Shown: positions 1 through 9,006 of the stretch, in pieces
How positions within the stretch are numbered: position 1 is the first letter of the stretch
Layout: every line of letters begins with the position of its first letter
From: Acidobacteriota bacterium
Lineage (GTDB): Bacteria; Acidobacteriota; Thermoanaerobaculia; Multivoradales; UBA5704
Length of the DNA: 64,000 bases
Direction of reading: 5' to 3'
Assembly (NCBI GenBank): GCA_040005235.1
Contig: JBDTZG010000025.1
Location: 1 to 64,000 of the forward strand
Made by a program: the position numbers and the translations under genes
The notes under the pieces: model-generated
Database searches by the model: none
Told to the model about the DNA's origin: nothing
What the model saw: the letters and a program-made list of their open reading frames with translations, nothing else

Positions 1-52
1 ATTTTACCAGAGCCTTGCGCCGGTTGGGCGGACTTTCACCACGGGCTGCTAG
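1..52 (-). mobile_element. Probable terminal end of an insertion sequence inserted at CTAG in the 3' end of the first propeller gene
   Basis: Similarity of the gene to its paralog stops after VNLDLP at CTAG (49-52). The minus strand then reads CAGCCCGTGGTGAAAGTCC...TGGTAAAAT, which resembles IS5/IS1182-type ends as I recall them and includes an inward extended -10. The transposase would lie outside the window. Confidence 0.4.
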
Positions 53-1948
53 GGGCAGGTCGAGGTTGACAGCTTTCCAATCCTGACCCCGCTCCAGGCG
101 GAAGACCCCTTGGCCGGCGAGGCCGGCGTAGAGAGCCCCTGCGCGGTCGAGGACCAGGGTGGTGATTTCCGGGTTGAGGAGCGGCGTCGACCCGAGCGGC
201 AGACCGGTGGCGATCCGTTGGAAGGATCGTCCTCCGTTGGTGCTGCGAAAAACGCCGCGGTCGCGGGTTCCGACGTAGACCGCCTGGGTTCTCGGGTCAA
301 AGACGACGGACTTCGGGAGGGCATGAACGCCGAGAGGATCGAGGTTCGGCAGAGTCGTCCAGGTCTCTCCGCCATCGGTCGTCTTGTCGAGTCCGGCACT
401 GGTCACCCGGTAGCCGAGATCGGGATGGGCCGGATCGAACGTCAGGTCGTACAGGTATTGGTACGAAAGGATTTCGGTCCAGGTGACCCCGCCGTCGACG
501 CTCTTACAGGCGAAACCGATCGCTTCTGAGCCGCTGCCGGCCTCCAATCCGACGTAGAGCACGTTCGGGCGAACCGGATCGACGCGGAAAAAGAAAACCT
601 TGTCGTACGGAATGTACGCCAGCGTCTGCCAGTTGGCGCCCTGATCTTCGCTCACCGCGACCCCGTTCGTGCCCAAGGCATACACCCGACCGGGATGATG
701 CGGATCGGCTGCGAGATACGGTGCCTCGTAACCGGGGGTGCGCGGCAGGCGCTGCCAGAAGTCGTCCCCGCGTTCGATTCGATAGACGCCGTCGGCAAAC
801 GAGGCGAGGACGCTCCTCTGGGGGTTTGAGAGGACAGCCAGACTTAAGGCTCGGCGGGCGACGAGCCCACGGCTCGCGGCGGCCCATGTAGTGCCGGCGT
901 CCGGCGAGCGCCAGATCCCGCGCGATCCGGCGCCAATCACGGCTTCGGGGACCGACCCACCCGGCAGCAGGGCGAGGCTCGCGACCGAGTCGCCCGGCGA
1001 GCTCTGGTCGGTGGTGGCCACCTCCGGCGGCGACCAGTGGGCGCCGTCGGCCGAAGAGTAAACGCCGGTGGCGGTCGCGGCGTAGATCGAGCCCGAGGGG
1101 GAGAACGCGAAATCATTGGCGGGTAGCGTCTCCAGCTGGGCGGCGAGAGTCCAGGTGGCGGCGCCGTCGGTCGAACGGTACAGCGCGCCGTTCCAGCGGG
1201 CGTAGAGCGCACCCGCGCGGAAAAACAGCCGATCCGGTGAGTTGGGCGTATCCGTCACCGGCCCGCCGGTGCTCGGCGTCGGGAGCCAGGTGAGCCCTCC
1301 GTCAGTGCTGCGATAGATCGTGCCGTCGAGGCCCGTGGGCGCTTTCGTCGCGGCGTACCAGACGGCGGGCGCCGCCGGATTGCGGGCGATCGCTCGAAGG
1401 GCGAGGTCGGCGAGCGCCCAGGAATCCCAAGTCGAGCCGCCGTCCACGGAACGGAAAATCCCGCCGTCGGTCGCGGCAAACACCGCCCGCGGAGTGGTCG
1501 CGTCGTAGAGAAGGTCGAGGGTCTCCAGCGGCAGGCGGATCGGGCTCCTCGGCGACCTGGCAGCCGGTACAAAGGACGTGCCGCCATTCTCGCTTCGCCA
1601 GATCTGGAAGTTCGAGTTGCCGCTGTAAACATCGGCGAGAACGACCTCCGGATGCTTCGGATCGACCGCGAGATGCCGCACGGAGTGACTTTGGAACTCG
1701 CGGCCGATCGGCTGCCACGAAAGCCCGCCGTCGCTGCTGCGGAAGGCGCCGGCCGGATCGGTGGCGGCATACAAACGTTCTTTCTGGGAGCCGGCCTGGA
1801 CGAGCTGGGAAACGACGCCCCCGACCGGTCCGAACGGCGTCCATCGTTCAACGCCGAAGGTGGGGGAGGCAAGACCTGCGGCGAGGGCTACGGGCAAGAG
1901 GGCAAAAGCGAACGGTCGGAATCCGGGAACCATCCTCGAATCGAGCAT
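1..1948 (-). CDS. Secreted BNR/Asp-box beta-propeller protein, paralog 1 (runs off the window edge; 3' end probably disrupted)
   Basis: Not in the ORF track because it has no stop in the window. Hand translation: MLDSRMVPGFRPFAFALLPVALAAGLASPTFGVERWTPFGPVGG...FRSSDGGLSW. AAGGAG RBS before ATG 1948; repeated SxDGGxxW boxes; collinear with 2074..4053. Confidence 0.85.
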   Translation of the reverse strand, partial: MLDSRMVPGFRPFAFALLPVALAAGLASPTFGVERWTPFGPVGGVVSQLVQAGSQKERLYAATDPAGAFRSSDGGLSWQPIGREFQSHSVRHLAVDPKHPEVVLADVYSGNSNFQIWRSENGGTSFVPAARSPRSPIRLPLETLDLLYDATTPRAVFAATDGGIFRSVDGGSTWDSWALADLALRAIARNPAAPAVWYAATKAPTGLDGTIYRSTDGGLTWLPTPSTGGPVTDTPNSPDRLFFRAGALYARWNGALYRSTDGAATWTLAAQLETLPANDFAFSPSGSIYAATATGVYSSADGAHWSPPEVATTDQSSPGDSVASLALLPGGSVPEAVIGAGSRGIWRSPDAGTTWAAASRGLVARRALSLAVLSNPQRSVLASFADGVYRIERGDDFWQRLPRTPGYEAPYLAADPHHPGRVYALGTNGVAVSEDQGANWQTLAYIPYDKVFFFRVDPVRPNVLYVGLEAGSGSEAIGFACKSVDGGVTWTEILSYQYLYDLTFDPAHPDLGYRVTSAGLDKTTDGGETWTTLPNLDPLGVHALPKSVVFDPRTQAVYVGTRDRGVFRSTNGGRSFQRIATGLPLGSTPLLNPEITTLVLDRAGALYAGLAGQGVFRLERGQDWKAVNLDLPLAARGESPPNRRKALVK

Positions 1949-2073
1949 CGAAAATCTCCTTTGAGTATTTTGGGGCCGAAAAAAATCCTAACCGGCTTGT
2001 GGCGGCGGCCGTGAGGGCCTTCAACCCGCCGCCGGTCCGGTGGTCCCAAAGGACCTCTAAGGAGATCTACGAG

Positions 2074-4053
2074 CTAAAGGTTTTCCAAGCGCCAGACGCT
2101 CGCCCCGAGCGTTCCGGTGTAAAGCCGGCCAGGGATCTCCGGGTCGGCGACCAGCGTGCCGGCGAACGTCTCGACGGGCAGATCGAGATTGACCGCCGTC
2201 CATCCCTGCCCGGGCTCGAGACGGAAGACGCCGGCGTAGAACAATCCCGCGTAGACGTCCCCCGCGGCGTCTTGGACCAGGGACGAAACGCTGGGGTTCG
2301 CCGGCGCGCGCGGCAGGCCGGCGACGACGCGGCGGAACGTCCGACCGGAATCGGTGCTGCGGAAGATGCCGCGCTCTTCCGTTCCGACATACAGCGCACG
2401 GGATCGGGAATCGATCAAGATCGAGGAGGGGAACGAACCGAGCAACTGGTCTCTGAGGTTCGGCAGCTGCGCCCAGGTAGCGCCGCCGTCGGAGGTCTTG
2501 TAGACGTTGCCTTGGGTCATGAGAAATCCAAGATTTGGGTCAGCCGAATCGAAGACCACGTCGAGCAGCTCTTCGAACGAGAGGAATTCGGTCCAGGTGG
2601 CGCCGCCATCCACGCTGCGATAGCCGAAAGGGTTTTCCGACGAGGCTTGGCCGTGGGTGACACCCGCGTAGAGGACGTCCGGATGGACCGGGTCAACCTT
2701 GAACATCGTGATGTTGTTGTGCCCCAGCTCGCCGGCCTGTCGCCAGCTGTTGCCGCGATCCTCGCTTAAGTCGACAGAGCTCTCGCCCAAGGCGTAGATC
2801 CTGCCGGGATGGTGTGGATCGGCGGCCACGAAGGGAAACGACTCGAAGCCGGCGTGGCGAGGCAGCCGCTGCCACTTGTCGCCCGCGCGGTCGATCCTGT
2901 AGAGGTCATCCTCAAAGCTGCCGATCACCGTCCCTTGCGGGTTCGGAATCACGGTGAGGCGATAGGCGTCGTGCGCCGCCATGCCGCGGCTCGAAGGGTT
3001 CCATCTGCCGCCGCGGTCGGTGGAGCGCCAGACGCCGCGCCGGCCGGTGGCGATCACCGTCTCGCCCGCTCCCGCCCCCTCCGGAAGGAACGCGAGCTGG
3101 CTGGTCGCGTCCTTCGGCGAGGCCCGGTCGATCGAGGTCACGATAGGCGGTGACCAATGCGTGCCGTCGGTCGAGGAATAGACCCCGGCGTCGGTCGCGG
3201 CGTAGATCGAGCCCGAAGGAGAGAACTGAAGCTCCGCGGCGTAAACGTTCGGCAGGCTCGCGGCCGAGCTCCAGGTCGAGGCGCCGTCGGTCGAACGATA
3301 GAGAGCGCCGCCCCACTGCGCGTAGAGGGCGCTCGCGCGGAGGAACAGGCGCCGGGGCGGATCGTAGAAACTTGGACCGCCGACGCTCGGCGTCTCCCGC
3401 CAGGTTGCGCCGTCGTCGTCGCTCCGTAGGATCGCGCCGTGATCATCGCGAAGGTCGCGGCCCGCCACGAACCAGGTCCGGTTGTCCTGGGCGAGGGTGA
3501 ACGCGGCCACGTTCGGCAGTGCCCAGGAATCCCAGGCTGAGCCGCCGTCCAGGCTGCGGAAGATTCCATGGTTGGTCGCGGCGTATACCGTTTGCGACGA
3601 GTTCGAAGAGAAGGCGAAATCGTGGGGGAACAAGAGGAAGCGCCCGTTCTTGGGGGGCTGGGCCGCCGGGACCCAGGTGGCGCCGCCATCTCTGCTGCGC
3701 CACAGAGGGCGTTGTGGAGAACCGTAGGTGGTGGCGAGGACGAGGTCCGGATCGCTCGGTGCAACAGCCAGGGACAGAACGGTCGATCCTTCTAGGCCTA
3801 GCCGGGCCGGCTGCCACGAAAGCCCGCCGTCGCGGCTGCGATAGACGCCGAATCGCTCGGTGGCGGCATACAGTCGCTCCGGTTCCGAAGGCGCTTGGGC
3901 GAGCAGGCGGATCGTCCCGCCGACGGGACCCAAAGGGACCCAATGCTCCGCGGCACCGGCGCCCTCGGCGGCGCCGATCCCGAGCGCCAGGGTGAGCGGC
4001 AACAGCGCGGAGACCCGCGATCGGAAACGTCGATTGACCCCCGAATCAGACAT
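2074..4053 (-). CDS. Secreted BNR/Asp-box (sialidase/VPS10-like) beta-propeller protein, paralog 2, intact
   Basis: 661-aa ORF with a signal peptide and many RSxDGGxTW Asp-boxes. Confidence 0.9.
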   Translation of the reverse strand: MSDSGVNRRFRSRVSALLPLTLALGIGAAEGAGAAEHWVPLGPVGGTIRLLAQAPSEPERLYAATERFGVYRSRDGGLSWQPARLGLEGSTVLSLAVAPSDPDLVLATTYGSPQRPLWRSRDGGATWVPAAQPPKNGRFLLFPHDFAFSSNSSQTVYAATNHGIFRSLDGGSAWDSWALPNVAAFTLAQDNRTWFVAGRDLRDDHGAILRSDDDGATWRETPSVGGPSFYDPPRRLFLRASALYAQWGGALYRSTDGASTWSSAASLPNVYAAELQFSPSGSIYAATDAGVYSSTDGTHWSPPIVTSIDRASPKDATSQLAFLPEGAGAGETVIATGRRGVWRSTDRGGRWNPSSRGMAAHDAYRLTVIPNPQGTVIGSFEDDLYRIDRAGDKWQRLPRHAGFESFPFVAADPHHPGRIYALGESSVDLSEDRGNSWRQAGELGHNNITMFKVDPVHPDVLYAGVTHGQASSENPFGYRSVDGGATWTEFLSFEELLDVVFDSADPNLGFLMTQGNVYKTSDGGATWAQLPNLRDQLLGSFPSSILIDSRSRALYVGTEERGIFRSTDSGRTFRRVVAGLPRAPANPSVSSLVQDAAGDVYAGLFYAGVFRLEPGQGWTAVNLDLPVETFAGTLVADPEIPGRLYTGTLGASVWRLENL

Positions 4054-4093
4054 CGTCAAGCCCTCTCAGGTTCTTGAGACTCAAAACGGCTCA

Positions 4094-5682
4094 TCAGCGA
4101 TTTTCCAGCCGCTGCACGCTCGAACCGAGCGACCCCGCGTAGAGCAGCCCCGGGACCGCCGGATCGGCGACCAGATTTTGACCGGGGAACGTGTCGAGCG
4201 GCAGGCCGCTGTTGATCCGGCGGAACGAGCGGCCGGAGCCGGTGCTGCGGAAGACGCCCAAGGATTCGGTTCCGACGTAGAGAGCGCGGGTTTTCGGATC
4301 GAAGAGCACCGACGATGCATTGGCGCCCAAGAGCTGGGTCGCGATCCCCGGCACGTGTCGTCCAGTGATCGCCGCCATCCGTCGTCTTGTCGAGACCGGA
4401 GAACGTCGCCCGGTACCCCACCTGGGGAAGCACCGGATCGAAGGTGAAATCCGCCAGGAAGTCGACGTCGGAAAGCTCGCTCCAGGTGGCGCCGCCAACT
4501 GTCGCCTTCTCGGTCGATGCGAAAAAGGCCCTCATCGAAGCTTCCGAGAACGGTGCCTTGGGAATCCGGCAGAACGGTCAGGTCGAGGACGTCATGAACG
4601 GCGATCCCGCGGCTCGCGGGGCGCCAGGTCGCGCCCCGGTCGGCCGAGCGCCAGAACCCGCGCCGGCCCCCGGCGATCACCACCTCGCTGCCCGGGCGCG
4701 GGCCCCCCGAGACGACGGCCAGGTGAGAGAGCCCGTCGCGCGGGGAGGCCTGATCGACCGAGGTCACCTCCGGCGGCGACCAATGCGCGCCGTCGGCAGA
4801 GGAATAGACCCCCGTCTCGGTCGCCGCGTAGAACGTGCCCGAAGGGGCGATGGCGAAATCGAGCGCGGAAAGGTTCGGTAGCCGAGCGGCCAGGCTCCAG
4901 GTGATGGCGCCGTCGGAGGAGGAATAAAGCGCGTGGCTCCATTGCGCGTAAAGCACACCCGCGCCAAAGAAAAGCCGCTCCGGCAGCTCCGCAAAGCCGG
5001 GACCGCCGACGCTCGGCGTCTCCCGCCAAGTGAGGCCAGAGTCGTCGCTGCGATAGATCGCGCCGTGAAAATCGCCGAGGTCGTTGCCGGCCGCGAAGAA
5101 GGTCGCGGGCGTCTGCGCCGGTTGCGCGAGGGCGCCCGTTGGAATGTTTTGCAGCGCCCAGGAATCCCAGGTCGAACCGCCGTCCAGACTGCGGAAGATT
5201 CCATTCTCGGTCGAGGCGTACACCGTTCGCGGTTCGCCGGAAGCGAACAGAAAATCGGCGATGGGGAGGGAGAAGACGGGGCTCGCGGGCGGTCTTGCCG
5301 CCGGGCTCCAGGTCGTGCCGCCATCCTCGCTGTGCCAGACCTGGTCGAAGGGAGTACCGCCGTAGGTGGTGGCGAGCAGGGTGTCAGGATCGCGCGGAGC
5401 GACCGCGAGCTTCAACAGGTATCCCTCGGGGAGGCCGGCGCGGATCGACTGCCACGATCTCCCGCCGTCGCGGCTCGCAAAGAGGCCGACCCGCTCGGTG
5501 GCCGCATACAGTCGGGAGGGGTCCGAGGGTCTCTGGGCGAGCTGGCGCGCCATGCCGCCGATGGGGCCCAGGGGAACCCAACGCTCCGCGGCACCTGCGG
5601 GAAGTGAAATGCCCAGCGTGACGAGCGCGAGAACGGCGCGCCCGAGCCAGCTGAAGCTGGAAGGTGGGCTTGGGTTCGGCAT
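4094..5682 (-). pseudogene. BNR beta-propeller paralog 3, internally deleted and frameshifted
   Basis: N-terminal ~390 aa is collinear with paralog 2. The C-terminal parts sit in two other frames (GGATWSELSDVDF... in 4056..4535; PGIATQLLG...SVQRLENR in 4094..4498). Confidence 0.85.
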
Positions 5683-5822
5683 GGCAAGTCTCCTGAGCTG
5701 TTTCGGAACGCTCAAAGATCTTAATCTTCTCTGGAGAACGTGCGTGAGGCCGCCCGGCCCACCATTGGGTGCGGCCGTCCCGTCGTGCCGTTCTTCGCCA
5801 CCAGGCGACGCCGGGAGTCGTT

Positions 5823-6779
5823 TCAGCCGAGCGCCTGGACCACGCGCTCTTTGGCCGCGTTGCTGCCGGAGAGCAGCAAGCCGATTCTGCCGCCGCGCAG
5901 ATGCTCGTAACGCAGCAGGGCGGCGAGGCCGGCCGCGGCGGAGGGCTCCAGAATCACCCGCAGGTGCTCGATCAGCAATCCCATCGCGGCGAGGATCTCG
6001 TCGTCCGAGACGACCACCGCGCCTTTTGCGTCCCGGCGGATGATCTCGAAATTGAGCGCCCCCGGTTTCGGAGCGGAGAGGCCGTCGGCGATCGTCTGGA
6101 TTTTCTCGGGTGCGGTGGGGGTGCCCGCTTCGAGCGAACGGATCAGCCCGTCCGCTCCTTCGGGCTGGACGCCCCAGACGTCGGTCGCGGGAGAGAGACC
6201 TTTGGCGGCGAGCAGCGCGCCGCCGAGCAGGCCGCCGCCGGAAGTCGGCACGATCAACCGGTCGAGCGGCGGCACCTCTTCGAGCAGCTCCCAGGTGGCG
6301 GTGCCCGCTCCGGCGATCACCTTCTCGTCGTCGAACGGATGGATCAAAGTAAACCCGTGCGCCTCGCGCAGCGCCGCGAGCCGGGCGAACGCCAACGTCG
6401 CGTTCGTGATCCCCTCCTTGTCGATCCGCGCACCCATCGCGGCCACCGCGGCGAGCTTGGCCGGCACCGCGTTTTCGGGCATCACGACCGTAAGGTCTGC
6501 CCCCGCCTCACGCGCGGCCCAAGCGGCGCCCAACGCGGCGTTGCCGGCCGAGACGGTGATCAATCCGGCGTCCAGCTCCGCGGGCAAGAGAGAAAGGATT
6601 TTGTTCGACGCTCCCCGGACTTTGTACGAGCCGGTCAACTGCAGGCTCTCGGCCTTGAAGTACAGCTCGGAGCCGGTCAAGGCATCGAGAATCGAGGACC
6701 GGAGCACGGGGGTCCGCAGCACTCGGCCGGTGAGTGTGCGGCGGGCGGCGAAAACGTCGGCGAAAGTCGGGAGGTTCAC
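5823..6779 (-). CDS. PLP-dependent threonine/serine dehydratase (fold type II, no ACT domain)
   Basis: FKAESLQLTGSYKVRG PLP lysine, SAGN, PTSGGGL, EPSAAAGLA, LSGSN. GTG start chosen 7 nt after TATGCT. Confidence 0.88.
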   Translation of the reverse strand: MNLPTFADVFAARRTLTGRVLRTPVLRSSILDALTGSELYFKAESLQLTGSYKVRGASNKILSLLPAELDAGLITVSAGNAALGAAWAAREAGADLTVVMPENAVPAKLAAVAAMGARIDKEGITNATLAFARLAALREAHGFTLIHPFDDEKVIAGAGTATWELLEEVPPLDRLIVPTSGGGLLGGALLAAKGLSPATDVWGVQPEGADGLIRSLEAGTPTAPEKIQTIADGLSAPKPGALNFEIIRRDAKGAVVVSDDEILAAMGLLIEHLRVILEPSAAAGLAALLRYEHLRGGRIGLLLSGSNAAKERVVQALG

Positions 6780-6950
6780 GGAGGGGAGCATATGCGACGG
6801 GGAGCGGCGTGGGCGTTCACGCTTTGCTAAACTCTCAAGAATTGGATTCGGTCTGCTGGTGGACATCGATCCTTCCAAGGGCGCAGCAACGCTTGAACCT
6901 GCCACCGTGTCTAAAGAGCTTTGATGATCCGACTTTTAAGGAGAGCACGC

Positions 6951-8990
6951 ATGCGTCATGCCGTCCTGGGGTCGATGCTCGCCGCCCTGGCCGCCCTTCC
7001 CGCTGCGGCGTTCACGCCGTACCGGGTGGCGGACATCGATCCGGTGGCAACGGGCTCCGGTTCGCCGGGACGCACAGCCTCCGCACCCGGGACGGCCTGC
7101 CGCTGTCGACCCCTGGCCCCTTCGTCGCGTTCAACGGCGTTTTGATCTGCGCCACCCACAGCGGCCTTTGGCGCACCGTTTCGTCTACCTGAGCGCTTCG
7201 GATTCCGCGGGCCGCCTTGAACTCTGGCGCACCAACGGACGCCCCCAGGGAACCGTGCGATTGACCGACACAGGAGAAATTTTCGGCCTGTTCCAGCTCG
7301 GGACCTTCGACGTCGCGAAGGCGGGAGATTCCCTGCTGTTCACCGGGTTTGATTCCTTGCACGGCTGGGAGCCGTGGCGTAGCGACGGCTCACAGGCCGG
7401 AACGCGACGGCTCGTCGATCTCCCCGATCCCGATTTCGGCGGATCGATTCCCCGGCGCTTCATGAAGGCCGGTTCACGAAGCTTCTTTTTCGCCGACGAC
7501 GCAACCCACGGCTACGAGCTCTGGTCGAGCGACGGTACCTCCGAGGGTACGCATCTCGTCCGCGAGCTGATCGACGGTCCGGAGCCTGCGGCGGCTCCGC
7601 AGGTGCCGGCCTCGGCCGAGGCCGACGGCCGCCTGGTGTTAGTGCGTAATAGCGGCTTCGGCGATGAGCTGTGGGGAAGCGACGGCACGGCGGACGGCAC
7701 CGTGCCATTGCTCGACGAGCGGGTGGTTCCCGGACAGGTTCTCTACGCGCTGGGCCAGCGAGTCTTTTTTCTCGCGCGAGACGAAGAGCACGGATTCGAG
7801 CCTTGGGTGACCGACGGCACCAAGAGCGGTACCCATCTGCTCGCGGACACCGTCCCGGGGCCGGATTCGAGCAGCGGAGAGGAGGTACGGTGCGCCTGAC
7901 CGACGTCGCCGAGCCGCCGGGAGTGTTCACCTTCGGCACCTTCGACGTCGCCCCGGTGGGTAATTCCCTTTTGTTTGGAGGGTTCGATTCCCAGCACGCG
8001 CGGGAGCCGTGGCGCACCGACGGTTCGCGCGCCGGAACTCGCTTGCTGGTCGACATCCAAGATCCGGATTTCGGCGGCTCGAACCCCGGGTTCTTCATGA
8101 AGGCGGCCGGAAAAAGTTTCTTCTTCGCCGACGATGGAACCCACGGCTTCGAGCTGTGGACCAGCGATGGCACGACCGGTGGAACGCGGCGCGTCCGCGA
8201 GCTGGAGGAGGGGCCGGAGCCGATCGTAAAGCGTCACATATTCGCTTCCGCCGAAGCGAACGGCCGGATCGTGTTCGTCCGGGCCGGCCCCTCGCAATCC
8301 GAAACCCCGGAGCTGTGGGGGAGCGACGGCACAGCGGGAGGTACCGTGCGATTGCTCGGCGAGGGAATCGTTCCCGGCGAGATTCTCCATGTCGTCGGAA
8401 GCCGAGTTTTCTTCTTGGCGACCGACGAGGAGCACGGCTCCGAGCCCTGGACGACCGACGGCCCGACGAACGGCACCCGACTTCTGGCCGACACCGTTCC
8501 CGGCCCAGATTCCGCGGGCCAGGGGATGTTCTCTCCGTTCTCGACGCTCGGCGGGCGCCTGCTGTTTGAGAGCGTCGGTTTCCCGTTCGCCTCCGAGCTC
8601 TGGGTTTCCGATGGAACCCCCGCGGGCACCGTTCCGCTCGCCGATCTCTACCCCTTCCTGGTCGAGCCGCTCGCCAAGCTGTCGGGCAATCTCGTCGATC
8701 TCGGCGGCAAGGCCTATTTCGCCCGCGAGAACGTCGGCTCGGACCCGTCCAAGCTTTGGGTGACCAATTTCACCGCCGCGGGAACGTGGGAGATCGGCGC
8801 GGTGAGCGACGAGACCTCTTTCACCACCTTCCGCCTGTTTGTCGCGGGTCCCCGGATCTTCGTCTATGGCCATTCGGAGGAGGGCGGGTACGGCCTTTGG
8901 GCGACCGACGGCCGGCAAGGCGGCGGTCGGCTCCTCGGAAGGTACTTTCTCGATCTCAACTTCGACAAGGCGCAGCAAAACTCCGATTCG
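6951..8990 (+). pseudogene. Mosaic remnants of at least two ELWxxDGT-repeat secreted proteins
   Basis: RBS plus signal peptide MRHAVLGSML...FTPYRVADI, then ELW/EPW-xx-DG repeats in two further frames (6958..7899 and 7671..9584), ending abruptly near 8950. Confidence 0.8.
7249..8515 (+). repeat. Diverged tandem duplication of a ~630-bp ELWxxDGT segment
   Basis: GTVRLTD...GTFDVA...DPDFGGS...FFFADD...LLADTVPGPDS occurs at ~7249-7869 and ~7884-8513. Confidence 0.85.
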
Positions 8991-9006
8991 TCCTACACTC
9001 CGGCTC

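Noticed and set aside
1991-2042. Structured RNA between propeller paralogs
   Set aside because: A single GC hairpin (GGCGGCGG/CCGCCGCC) with no recognisable family features.
4340-4510. Programmed frameshifting in paralog 3
   Set aside because: No slippery sequence, and the frame change coincides with loss of ~90 aa, which indicates deletion.
5823-6779. Serine racemase supplying D-Ser to the Ddl fusion
   Set aside because: The motif is SAGN (Ala where racemases have the catalytic Ser, SSGN), and the gene is 50 kb away.
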